Shown: positions 17,703-25,573 of the stretch, piece after piece
How the letters are laid out: every line of letters begins with the position of its first letter
Position numbering within the stretch: the first letter of the stretch is position 1
Virus record (IMG/VR): IMGVR_UViG_3300044608_002164
Span: 1 to 35,350 of that record
Length of the DNA: 35,350 nt
Strand: one strand, 5' to 3'
From: a virus
Taxonomy: Duplodnaviria > Caudoviricetes
Position numbers and translations under genes: made by a program
The notes under the pieces: model-generated
The model's input: the letters and a program-made list of their open reading frames with translations, nothing else
What the model was told of the DNA's origin: nothing
Databases searched by the model: none

Positions 17703-18986
17703 ATGCCCAACCAGCCCTGGTCGAAAGGCCACGTCCCCGAGACCCTCACCGCCGCCCTCCTCGCCCCGCCCGAGCAGCGCGACGCCGCCTTCCGCGCCAT
17801 CGCCCTGCAGGGTCGATCGCGCCTCGCCAGCCCCCGCTTCGGCATCCTCCCCTGGCCCATCGTTGGCCTACCCCCCTTCCCCGCCGACGACAGCGCTCAA
17901 ACTGCTGCCGAACTGGTGGAACTCGCCACCCTCCTAACCCGCGTCGCCGACACCCCCTTCCGCAACATCCGCACCACCCTGCAGTCGCTCGGCAACCCCC
18001 TAGACGGCCTAGGCGTGTATCTTTTGGGCCCCACCAAATCCGCGTCGGTCTTCCGCCCCGAGGAGCAGACCGCCCCCGAGCCCTACATCAGCCAGCTCCT
18101 CCTTCTGCCCGTCCCCATGGGCGCCATGAAGGCCGAGCAGCGCTACACCCTCCGCACCGGTGCCTACGGCACCACACCAGAAACCCGCGCCGCCATGCTG
18201 CGTGGATCGCCCACCGAGGCCCAGCGCTACGGCGAGTCGGTCTACATCCACACCCCCCGTGCCCTGGCCTCGGCCATGCACCAAGACCCGCCCTACCTGA
18301 TGGGCCTCCACGCACTCCTAATTCTGCAGTCGTTAGGAGTTCGCCCCAGCTCCCTATTCCCCGCCCTCCCCGCCGAGGCCGGCTTCACCTCCTACGGCGG
18401 CCCCGCCTTCGCCCAGTGCCTCCTCGCCGAAGCCAGTGATCGAGCGTTCCGCGACTGCTGGATCGTCAAGTACAACCCCGACCCCCAGCAACGCCGCGCC
18501 CGCCCCGAGGAACTCCTCGCCACCCCCGAGCGCCTCCACCCCCTCTGGCACGAGCGCGGCGCCCCCCTTCTCCGCGAGTGGAACGGCTACCTCCCCCTCC
18601 CCATCGCGGAGGGATCCCCACTCCACCCCTCGTGGGTATCCGGCCACGCCGCCACCGCCGCCGCAGAAGCCGTGATCCTCATGGCCCTTCTCGCCGACAG
18701 CCCCTGGCCCGGCGCCCCCCTCCAGGCCAGCAACGATGGAACGTCCCTCGTCACCGCCAACACCACCGCCCTCACGATCCACCGCGAGATCCGCAAATGG
18801 GCGTGGAACAAGTCGTTCGGCCGCGTCGCCCTGGGCGTCCACTACCGCTCCGACATCACCGCCGGCCTCCTCCTAGGTCAAGCCGCCGCAGTCCAACTCC
18901 TCCAAGAGACCAAAGCCGCCTCCCTCGAACCCTGGGGCACCACCGCCTTCATCGGCTTCGACGGCCAGGTGGTGATCATCAAGTGA
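17703..18986 (+). CDS. Vanadium-dependent haloperoxidase (bromoperoxidase-type, PAP2 superfamily)
   Basis: WIVKYNPDPQQRRARPEE, EGSPLHPSWVSGHA and SFGRVALGVHYRSD. Also VBPO-type upstream segments PYISQLLL...EQRY and YIHTPRALASAMHQD. Confidence 0.88.
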   Translation: MPNQPWSKGHVPETLTAALLAPPEQRDAAFRAIALQGRSRLASPRFGILPWPIVGLPPFPADDSAQTAAELVELATLLTRVADTPFRNIRTTLQSLGNPLDGLGVYLLGPTKSASVFRPEEQTAPEPYISQLLLLPVPMGAMKAEQRYTLRTGAYGTTPETRAAMLRGSPTEAQRYGESVYIHTPRALASAMHQDPPYLMGLHALLILQSLGVRPSSLFPALPAEAGFTSYGGPAFAQCLLAEASDRAFRDCWIVKYNPDPQQRRARPEELLATPERLHPLWHERGAPLLREWNGYLPLPIAEGSPLHPSWVSGHAATAAAEAVILMALLADSPWPGAPLQASNDGTSLVTANTTALTIHREIRKWAWNKSFGRVALGVHYRSDITAGLLLGQAAAVQLLQETKAASLEPWGTTAFIGFDGQVVIIK

Positions 18987-19089
18987 CACAGCGCACCCCC
19001 AGCGTGGAACGGGGCTGCGCAGGCAAGGCAAACCTCGGCCGAGACTACCAACGATCGGCCGACCGCCTAGCCGCCAGCCATGGCAAGCT

Positions 19090-19380
19090 CTAACGCCGCG
19101 GCAGCTTCAAGTGGTCCAGGATCCTCTCGATCTCCCGGTCCTGCCTATCGTCGTGGCGCTTCCCTTCCACCAGCTCCTTGTCCTGCCGGGTATCAACCCC
19201 CTTCTTCTCCTCCATCTGCTTGCACACCTCGCGCAGCGTCACCTCCATCTTCTGGAACGAGCTGACCATCCCACTCCCCGCCCCCAACGCCCACCCCACC
19301 ACAGCCGTCACCGACCCCACAGCAATCTGCCCAGCCCATCCCGGGCCGCCCTGAGATCCGCCGCCATTAGCACGAGTCAT
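19090..19380 (-). CDS. Solitary antisense gene: hydrophobic helix plus coiled coil
   Basis: WAGQIAVGSVTAVVGWALGAG followed by charged heptads. TAGCAT hexamer (19392-19387) 6 nt before the ATG. Confidence 0.65.
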   Translation of the reverse strand: MTRANGGGSQGGPGWAGQIAVGSVTAVVGWALGAGSGMVSSFQKMEVTLREVCKQMEEKKGVDTRQDKELVEGKRHDDRQDREIERILDHLKLPRR

Positions 19381-19404
19381 GGCGCCATGCTAGCCACTGC
19401 GCGA

Positions 19405-19458
19405 TTGTTAAGAAACACAACAACCCGCAGCCGCCACCCCCGCCCGCCGTGCAATACT
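19405..19458 (+). promoter_or_regulatory. Second TTGTT-N9-AACAA site plus -10-like AATACT
   Basis: GATTGTTAAGAAACACAACAACC; AATACT at 19453-19458, same spacing as at dcd. Confidence 0.45.
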
Positions 19459-19502
19459 AGGCTCACAGGGAACAAGCCCTGCCACACCACCGCAACTAAA
19501 CC

Positions 19503-19910
19503 ATGTGCCTATCCATCGCAATCAAGCGCCCTGAAGATGTACTCGCCAAAGGCGAGCACCTCGGATTCGAGTGGAGCGTCATCCACAACGGCAGCGGCTA
19601 CCGGTGTGGTTATGTTCGCGTTCCGATCGGCCACCCGTGGCACGGACAGGACTACGACGAGGTTGCCTGCGACTGTCACGGCGGCCTCACCTTTGCCGAA
19701 GCGGACATCCCCTGCGGCAAAGGCGGTGAGGACAACGCCTGGTGGGTCGGTTTCGATTGCGCACACGGCGGAGACGCCCCCGACCCCGAGCTGCCCCGGT
19801 CGTTCGTGCCGTCCTTTGAATGGGGCCTAGTCCGCACCCAAGAGTATGTCGAGGCGCAGTGCAGGCAAATCTGCGAACAGGCCGCCGCCATTCAAGCGGG
19901 GGTGGCATGA
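19503..19910 (+). CDS. Conserved phage hypothetical protein (Cys/His-rich)
   Basis: GYRCGYVRVP..HP, CHGGLTF and WWVGFDCAH.GD motifs. Confidence 0.75.
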   Translation: MCLSIAIKRPEDVLAKGEHLGFEWSVIHNGSGYRCGYVRVPIGHPWHGQDYDEVACDCHGGLTFAEADIPCGKGGEDNAWWVGFDCAHGGDAPDPELPRSFVPSFEWGLVRTQEYVEAQCRQICEQAAAIQAGVA

Positions 19911-20122
19911 CCGCAGACCGAACCAGGGCCCTTCAACTCGCCGGTGAATTGGCCAATGCTGCCCGCGCCCTTGTTGGCGGCATCGACACCAAAGGCTGGT
20001 ACATCAAACCCGCCACTGTAGACAGCGTGGGTCGCCTATCCGAGGCCCTGCGCACCGCCCTCGACGCCTACGACCACCACATCATCGAGATGCTCCGCAA
20101 CCCAACCGCACCCAAACCATGA
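19907..20122 (+). CDS. Hypothetical protein
   Basis: MTADRTRALQLAG...; ATGA overlaps. Confidence 0.55.
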   Translation: MTADRTRALQLAGELANAARALVGGIDTKGWYIKPATVDSVGRLSEALRTALDAYDHHIIEMLRNPTAPKP

Positions 20123-20319
20123 ACACCCCCGACACTGATGTGCGAATCCGCGCCCTCGAATACGAGGTCCAGACCCTGCGCACCCTGCTCACCGCCCTGC
20201 AAGGTCGCGTAGCCGAACTCAGCACATCCGCGACGCCGCAAACAGCGCATACTACGTGGGACATATCGGAGGCCGATATTTTCGATACGGGGGTTGAGCC
20301 CCGCCGCGTACGTCCCTAA
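20119..20319 (+). CDS. Hypothetical coiled-coil protein
   Basis: RIRALEYEVQTLRTLLTALQGRVAEL. Confidence 0.55.
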   Translation: MNTPDTDVRIRALEYEVQTLRTLLTALQGRVAELSTSATPQTAHTTWDISEADIFDTGVEPRRVRP

Positions 20320-20624
20320 TGGAAGGCCCCACCAAGCGGAACTGGTACAACGACCTAGAGACCTATCTAGCCCGTGAGGAACACCGACGTGCTAGGGAGG
20401 AGCGGTGTTTTGCCGTGCTCAAAGTGTTCACACTAGCGTCAATGCTTGCGCTACTTGCGGTATGTGTACTCCAAGAACAAAAGCTAATAGAAGACTGCAC
20501 CGCGACCGAAACCACACGCCAAGCAACTCCGGTGTGGATGTACTTCGGTAGTGGTTTCTTCATCCCAGTCCCGCGTTCTGAGCACCTCTATGTCTGCCCC
20601 AACAACCGCACTCTTTGGCGCTAG
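20319..20624 (+). CDS. Hypothetical membrane-anchored protein
   Basis: TAATG overlap; central hydrophobic helix. Confidence 0.55.
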   Translation: MEGPTKRNWYNDLETYLAREEHRRAREERCFAVLKVFTLASMLALLAVCVLQEQKLIEDCTATETTRQATPVWMYFGSGFFIPVPRSEHLYVCPNNRTLWR

Positions 20625-20775
20625 CCGCCCCCGCCCTGTGTGGCGCGTCATCACCAACAACGGCGAGCTGCACCTCCACGCCCCCGACCGCCGCGAGGCC
20701 ATCATCTGCGGCCTCGAACTCCTCGGCCCCCGCGTCGAGTGGATCCGCTGCTCACTCCTAGAGCAGTGGGCCTAG
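20590..20775 (+). CDS. Hypothetical protein (start uncertain)
   Basis: VWRVITNNGELHLHAPDRREAIICGLEL with host-genome-like codon usage of this phage; overlaps the previous gene. Confidence 0.45.
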   Translation: MSAPTTALFGASRPRPVWRVITNNGELHLHAPDRREAIICGLELLGPRVEWIRCSLLEQWA

Positions 20776-20808
20776 TGTGCTAGAGTAGTCGAGTACACCC
20801 ACACCACC

Positions 20809-21075
20809 ATGCCCCGCAAGTACACCCGCGATCCGCACCTCCCGCACCCGGAAGTCTGCGACTGGCTCCTCTCTCTTGAGTGGGAAGGTCCATTCCGCGC
20901 AGAGCTGCGCACTCCGCTATTCAAGGGTGTGCGCCCCAACGCCCTAGCCACATCCGCCGCCCTGGGCCGCGACCACATGGTCGAACTCTTCATTGACGAG
21001 GACGACCTCCCCGCCCTCAAAGAGGACGCCCGCGCCCGTGCCGCCATGGCCTGGCTCACCGAGAACAACCCATGA
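20809..21075 (+). CDS. Hypothetical protein
   Basis: TAGAGT -10-like hexamer at 20781-20786. Confidence 0.6.
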   Translation: MPRKYTRDPHLPHPEVCDWLLSLEWEGPFRAELRTPLFKGVRPNALATSAALGRDHMVELFIDEDDLPALKEDARARAAMAWLTENNP

Positions 21076-21623
21076 CACACCGCGAACCCGGGTGGTACGT
21101 GTATCTGCACCGGCCTACCGACCATTGTCAAATATCGCGCCAAGACTCTCCTAATTTCATAGAGGACATGTATAACGCGACTGTATACGGACCGTTCCCA
21201 TCGCGCGAGGCTGCCAATTTATGGGACACAATGCGCCGCTCAGCACGTGTGGAACCTGATTCCGTACCGCAGGAACCCCTAGGCGAGACACCTACAGCCC
21301 CACCCCGCCCCCGCCTTGACCTCCTCCCCACCGCCCCCCTAGAGGAAGTGGCTCGTGTCCTCGCCCACGGCGCCGAAAAGTACGACCCCTACAACTGGTG
21401 CAACGGCACCCGATGGGGCCGCTGCTACCGCGCCCTGCTGAGCCACGCCTGGGCCTGGTGGCGCGGCGAAGACACCGACCCCGACTCCGGCCTCTCCCAC
21501 CTTGCCCACTGCATCTGCAACCTCCTCTTCCTGATGGAATACCAGCGCAACGGGTGGGGCGAGGACGACCGCTTCCGCGGCCCCACCGGCGCCGCATTCA
21601 AGAAGAACGACGGTGCCGCGTAG
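21072..21623 (+). CDS. dATP/dGTP diphosphohydrolase domain protein (DUF5664 type)
   Basis: RLDLLP..LEEVARVLAHGAEKYDPYNW..G...ALLSHAWAWWRGEDTDPDSGLSHLAHCICNLLFL. Confidence 0.85.
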   Translation: MTHREPGWYVYLHRPTDHCQISRQDSPNFIEDMYNATVYGPFPSREAANLWDTMRRSARVEPDSVPQEPLGETPTAPPRPRLDLLPTAPLEEVARVLAHGAEKYDPYNWCNGTRWGRCYRALLSHAWAWWRGEDTDPDSGLSHLAHCICNLLFLMEYQRNGWGEDDRFRGPTGAAFKKNDGAA

Positions 21624-22462
21624 TGGATCGCACCGACGCCCTAGCCGCCCTGCGCCGCTCCAAGCTGGTACGTGACGACAGCGGCCCCACCCGCGTCTAC
21701 CGCGACCCCGCCGGCAACGTCTACAACTCCGTCACCACCATCCTCGGAGCCACCGCCGACAAAACCAACCTCGACGGGTGGGTCGCTCGCCAGGACCGCA
21801 TCTACGGCCCCGGCGCCGCCGCCCAAGACCGCACCGTGGCCGCCACCCGCGGCTCCCAGGCCCATTCGCAGGCCGAGTACCTCCTCAAGACCACAAACAA
21901 GGTGGCTCGTGCCACCGCAAACCGCCGCGGCGTCCTGCGCATCGACGCCCACGGCCTCCCCCACATCCCCACGCCCATCTTCCGCTGGGCAATGGAGCGC
22001 ACCCTCCCCAACCTCCCCCCGGTGTCGCTCAGCGCCAAGGGCTACGCCCGCGGCCTCACCGAGTGGATCGCAGCCAACACAACCCAGTGCCACGCCTGCG
22101 AGTTCTCCATTCACCACCCCGCCGGCTTCGCAGGCACCGCTGACGCTCTCCTCTCAGTGGTGCCCACCGACGAGATCGAACTGGGCGCCCCCCTGGTGGT
22201 TGACTTCAAGACCTCCGCCAACCGGCGCAGCGCCGCCATGCTGGCCGACTACACCCTGCAGCTCGGCGCCTACTCCCTCGGGCTGGAGCACCTCACCGGC
22301 CTCCGCCCAGCCGGTGCCCTAATCGTTGTCGCACGCCGCGTAGGACCCCCCGATCTCACATTCATCAGTCGATCGGACCTCACCATCGCCGAGGCCGGCT
22401 TCCTAGAGCGCCTCGACGCATTCAAGGCCATTCAGGGCGAAGCGCAAAAATCGCATTCATAG
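21623..22462 (+). CDS. PD-(D/E)XK exonuclease
   Basis: Likely start GTG 21623. YNSVTTILG, RGSQAH, CEFSI, FAGTADAL, VVDFKTS, LQLGAY. Confidence 0.85.
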   Translation: MDRTDALAALRRSKLVRDDSGPTRVYRDPAGNVYNSVTTILGATADKTNLDGWVARQDRIYGPGAAAQDRTVAATRGSQAHSQAEYLLKTTNKVARATANRRGVLRIDAHGLPHIPTPIFRWAMERTLPNLPPVSLSAKGYARGLTEWIAANTTQCHACEFSIHHPAGFAGTADALLSVVPTDEIELGAPLVVDFKTSANRRSAAMLADYTLQLGAYSLGLEHLTGLRPAGALIVVARRVGPPDLTFISRSDLTIAEAGFLERLDAFKAIQGEAQKSHS

Positions 22463-22498
22463 CCGTATTTCGCATTCATGCCGGGATTTTGCATTCAT
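22451..22498. repeat. Three T(C/T)GCATTCAT direct repeats, 19-bp period
   Basis: Copies at 22451, 22470 and 22489. Confidence 0.8.
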
Positions 22499-22553
22499 GG
22501 GGACGCTACGGCCCGGTGATGGTTCAGCCTGTGCGGGCACCGCGGGACCGCGT

Positions 22554-22639
22554 GCGAATGAGAATCGTTCTCACTCCCTGGCGGTACTGAGAACCGTTCT
22601 CAACAAGCTAGGGCACCGCGGGAATGAGAATCATTCTCA
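22554..22639. promoter_or_regulatory. Three Fur-box-like palindromes TGAGAA-N3-TTCTCA
   Basis: TGAGAATCGTTCTCA 22559-22573, TGAGAACCGTTCTCA 22588-22602, TGAGAATCATTCTCA 22625-22639. Confidence 0.6.
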
Positions 22640-22649
22640 ACCGCAGCGC

Positions 22650-22683
22650 AAAGAAAGGGCCCCCACGGGGAACCGTAGGAGCC
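22650..22683 (-). terminator. Intrinsic terminator ending the leftward early-type operon
   Basis: Minus strand GGCTCCTACGG-TTCC-CCGTGGGGGCC then CTTTCTTT, just after the 22692 stop. Confidence 0.7.
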
Positions 22684-22691
22684 AGGGTGGT

Positions 22692-22958
22692 TCAGGCTGT
22701 CGGATCCTCTAAAGCATTATCGCGCTCAACCTTGTGGGTTTGGCAAACATGCGCCGCACGCTCAAACGTGTGGCAGGATCCTATAGCCTTTCCACAGAAT
22801 CTAGGGCAGTACATAGGAACACTGTAGCCGCAATACTCTAGGTTGACTGTATAGCGGGCATCGGAGCGCACAGGGCGCCACACCTGGCCGACGCGGTGGG
22901 CAGTATCTGCAGACATAGGAAGGGTGGGGGATGTTGGAAGGGTGGTTAGGGCTGTCAA
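22692..22958 (-). CDS. Hypothetical protein
   Basis: YTVNLEYCGY..P.YCPRFCG; last gene before the terminator; start uncertain. Confidence 0.55.
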   Translation of the reverse strand: MTALTTLPTSPTLPMSADTAHRVGQVWRPVRSDARYTVNLEYCGYSVPMYCPRFCGKAIGSCHTFERAAHVCQTHKVERDNALEDPTA

Positions 22959-23060
22959 TCAAGCCAGCCTGTCTCGGGGGTCCACACTGACGCGGTGGAA
23001 CGGTCAGAGAGCCATTGCCAATAGTCGCGTTCTGTGGTGTGCCGGTTGGCAAGCGCAGCA

Positions 23061-23095
23061 GAAAACCCCGCAGGCTCACAGGGAACCTACGGGGC
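23061..23095 (-). terminator. Terminator-like hairpin
   Basis: Minus strand CCCCGTAGGTTC-CCTGT-GAGCCTGCGGGG then TTTTC. Confidence 0.55.
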
Positions 23096-23119
23096 AGGGA
23101 AGGGGCCCGGGTGGGAAGG

Positions 23120-23326
23120 CTAGGCGGCTGCCGCGGCGGTAGGCAGCAGAGTCACCAGAGCGTCCCGACAGGCTGTAGGTGGATACCTATAAACGCTGAT
23201 CAGGCCCCGGCGCTCTAGGGAATCCACAATACGGCGATTCTTTGCCGTCCGGTAGTTAAAATGTACCGGCTTGCCAGCGCGAACAAGAAAGGCTATGGCG
23301 CGTTGTTGTAGGGGTCCTAGTTTCAT
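23120..23326 (-). CDS. Small basic protein, possible winged helix
   Basis: MKLGPLQQRAIAFL...RRIVDSLERRGLISV. Confidence 0.55.
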   Translation of the reverse strand: MKLGPLQQRAIAFLVRAGKPVHFNYRTAKNRRIVDSLERRGLISVYRYPPTACRDALVTLLPTAAAAA

Positions 23327-23361
23327 GGGAAGAACCGGCAGACAGCCGGGCGAAAGGTGGA

Positions 23362-23721
23362 TCAAACGTAAGCGCTGTCGCGCTCTACAATGTCGCCGTA
23401 ACACGCTACGCGATACCGGCCATCCGAGAATCGTATAATTGTGGGGATGTATGGATCGCCGACGTTCAAATAATCGAAACCGTAGGCTTCCGTGTGAGTG
23501 TCTTCTTTGTGGGCAATGTACTCTACGCCGCACGTTTCCGCGACAGCGTTAAGAACATGCAAGCGTATATCGTAGGTCGTAGGGGGGTGATAGCACCCCC
23601 TTAACCTATCCTCACCGGCAGGATGCGCCATAAGATCGGAGCGCTTCATCTCTAGGACTTTGCGCAGTTCTTTTCCATGGCCAGGGAAAGCGGTTTCTAG
23701 AGTCTTGACGGATGGGAGCAT
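23362..23721 (-). CDS. Hypothetical protein
   Basis: MLPSVKTLETAFPG...GVEYI...YLNVGDPYIPTII...YGDIVER. Confidence 0.65.
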   Translation of the reverse strand: MLPSVKTLETAFPGHGKELRKVLEMKRSDLMAHPAGEDRLRGCYHPPTTYDIRLHVLNAVAETCGVEYIAHKEDTHTEAYGFDYLNVGDPYIPTIIRFSDGRYRVACYGDIVERDSAYV

Positions 23722-23786
23722 GGTGAGAAAACGAGAAAAACTAGGTCGGGACTGGGTTCCGTGCTGAGACAGGCTGAGAGCCTGTA

Positions 23787-24095
23787 TCACGAGGCTAGGC
23801 GTTGGAGCACACTGAACCACCTAAGCGCCGCTTTGCTGTCGTCATTCGAGACAGCCGCCGCGTACTGGCGTGCTGCTTCCGCTGCAAGGTCGATCGCCCC
23901 AGTTTCGGTGCGGGCAATATCGGCAGGGGGCTCACCCGTGCCAAGCATGGCGCGGGCAATTATCCGGTAGGCAGTGGCGCGGCTTACGCCGAAAAACGTT
24001 TGCAGCGATTCCGCGACTTCCGGCCTACCGTCGCCGTTTGCCAGGCACCGTGCGGCGAATTGTGCCGCTGTCTCTGCAGTAAGATCACTCGCCAT
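23787..24095 (-). CDS. HTH protein resembling the terminase small subunit candidate
   Basis: RPEVAESLQTFFGVSRATAYRIIARA. Confidence 0.6.
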   Translation of the reverse strand: MASDLTAETAAQFAARCLANGDGRPEVAESLQTFFGVSRATAYRIIARAMLGTGEPPADIARTETGAIDLAAEAARQYAAAVSNDDSKAALRWFSVLQRLAS

Positions 24096-24471
24096 AGATT
24101 GCCCCATCGTCGCCGATGTAGCAGCTAAGCTCACCGAAACTATGCGACAGGGTGGTTAGCTTACTTGCCCACGGCTCTAACCATCGCCCGGTATCCCAAA
24201 AGCCCGCACCGTGATGGTTCCGGGTAAGGATGAAATCATGGGCGGCAGCATTCCAGGCGTCCCGTTCACAGTCTGGATGTAGTATCATCGCCCTGTGTTC
24301 TTCCGCATCAAATCCTAGCGCTTCCGCCTTTTCGCGGAAGCTATCCCAATCTGCTGTAACCTTAGCCTTAAGGCTATTGGATACGGGATAATCGCCAGAG
24401 TCTAGTGGGTTGCCTTCATCGTCTGTCTCGGACCATAGAAGCGCGATTAGCGTATGTTCGGATGGCATCAT
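24085..24471 (-). CDS. Conserved phage hypothetical protein
   Basis: ALLWS...AHDFILTRNHHGAGFWD...YIGDDG motif pattern. Confidence 0.7.
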   Translation of the reverse strand: MMPSEHTLIALLWSETDDEGNPLDSGDYPVSNSLKAKVTADWDSFREKAEALGFDAEEHRAMILHPDCERDAWNAAAHDFILTRNHHGAGFWDTGRWLEPWASKLTTLSHSFGELSCYIGDDGAIYGE

Positions 24472-24496
24472 GGTTTGTTTTTGCGGTGGGGCAGGT

Positions 24497-24682
24497 TTAA
24501 TTCAGCCAGCTCTTAACGCGAAACCTTCTTCCGTTAATAACGGCCCATAGGTTCCCGCGCCATACGTTATGGCAGCTGAGATAGTAACAGTTTGTTGATA
24601 CCTTGCGGAATCGACGGCCCTTACAGTCGGTCCCGGTAAGCACAAAGGTTTCGGCAGAGTCTAAGATAGTTTGAAGGTCCAT
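24497..24682 (-). CDS. Hypothetical protein
   Basis: 61 aa in the leftward gene series. Confidence 0.55.
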   Translation of the reverse strand: MDLQTILDSAETFVLTGTDCKGRRFRKVSTNCYYLSCHNVWRGNLWAVINGRRFRVKSWLN

Positions 24683-24714
24683 TAGGTGTGTGTGGTAAGT
24701 GTGCTAAAGGTGGC

Positions 24715-25239
24715 TCAGAACTCTACAGCATAGAGAGTAGGAGAAAGTTGCATAACATAGCGGGGAACAGTATTTGTTAAACCTGCCTTGGCGGCCCATC
24801 GTATGGCTGCCGCTATGGGTCCGTCCGTATAGGACCCGTAGGCTATTCCCCTTTCGTAGTGTTTCGCTTGCCACCGCGAGGGCTTGTGATCGGTGGCGCC
24901 CATATACTTAACCAGCACGGCATGATCGCCATTTGTGCGCAGACTGCAACCGTTCCAACGTTCTTCTAGGGGTCCGTCAATTCCGGCCTCGTTACAGACC
25001 GTCAGCGCACCCTGTAGCCATTCGTAACACTCCGACGCGCTAAGGTTACTGGATAGCCTGTTTATTGCCCCGTGCGCATTACAGATACGATGGACCCCGT
25101 ATCCGTATCCATCGTGGTTAATGTGAATATTCCCAATTTGCGCTTGTCTGCCGATGTACGGACTATCCGGCCGGCCTAGGTTTCGAGAGAGAATCCTAGC
25201 CAGGTTGTCTAGAGTCTTAGCTGTGACGCGGTGGGCCAT
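24715..25239 (-). CDS. Hypothetical protein
   Basis: 174 aa, possibly two small domains (second contains VKYMGATDHKPSRW). Confidence 0.65.
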   Translation of the reverse strand: MAHRVTAKTLDNLARILSRNLGRPDSPYIGRQAQIGNIHINHDGYGYGVHRICNAHGAINRLSSNLSASECYEWLQGALTVCNEAGIDGPLEERWNGCSLRTNGDHAVLVKYMGATDHKPSRWQAKHYERGIAYGSYTDGPIAAAIRWAAKAGLTNTVPRYVMQLSPTLYAVEF

Positions 25240-25297
25240 AGTTTGGGGTCTCTTGCGGTGGTGGGGATGCTTGCTATATTGGGTTAGGTGGGAAGTG

Positions 25298-25573
25298 CTA
25301 TCCTTTTTCTCCTAGGGTGATAAAGGCTACGGTAGCGCTGCCATAGGGTCGCAGCTCAAACCCCTCACAGCCCCCTAGGTGGCTCGTCCTACAACGAACC
25401 CCCGTAAGACCTAGCGCCGCTTTCCCGGCCCTAACGATGGCACGGTCTGTCGCATAGGTGGGAAGCTCAACCGTCGCCGTTCGGGCCCACGCGTAGTTAG
25501 CCTCGCCGTTAAAGGTGTCAGTGTGCTCACAGTGCCACGTAAGAAGGCGTGGCGCGGCGGTAGTGGTCGTCAT
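25298..25573 (-). CDS. Conserved phage hypothetical protein
   Basis: EHTDTFNGEANYAWAR...KAALGLTGVRC...ELRPYG. Confidence 0.7.
   Translation of the reverse strand: MTTTTAAPRLLTWHCEHTDTFNGEANYAWARTATVELPTYATDRAIVRAGKAALGLTGVRCRTSHLGGCEGFELRPYGSATVAFITLGEKG

Noticed and set aside
21072-21623. Evidence for a Z-base (2-aminoadenine) genome
   Set aside because: No PurZ or DatZ homolog in the window; this domain alone is not diagnostic.
21623-22640. Cas4-like nuclease followed by repeats as a mini-CRISPR system
   Set aside because: Repeats are 10-15 bp with 9-22 bp gaps, not repeat-spacer geometry. The nuclease lacks the four-Cys Fe-S pattern, and no other cas genes are present.
23734-23744. GAAAAACTAGG as a seventh late motif
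   Set aside because: Lacks the leading GG and points against the local minus-strand genes with no credible downstream ORF.
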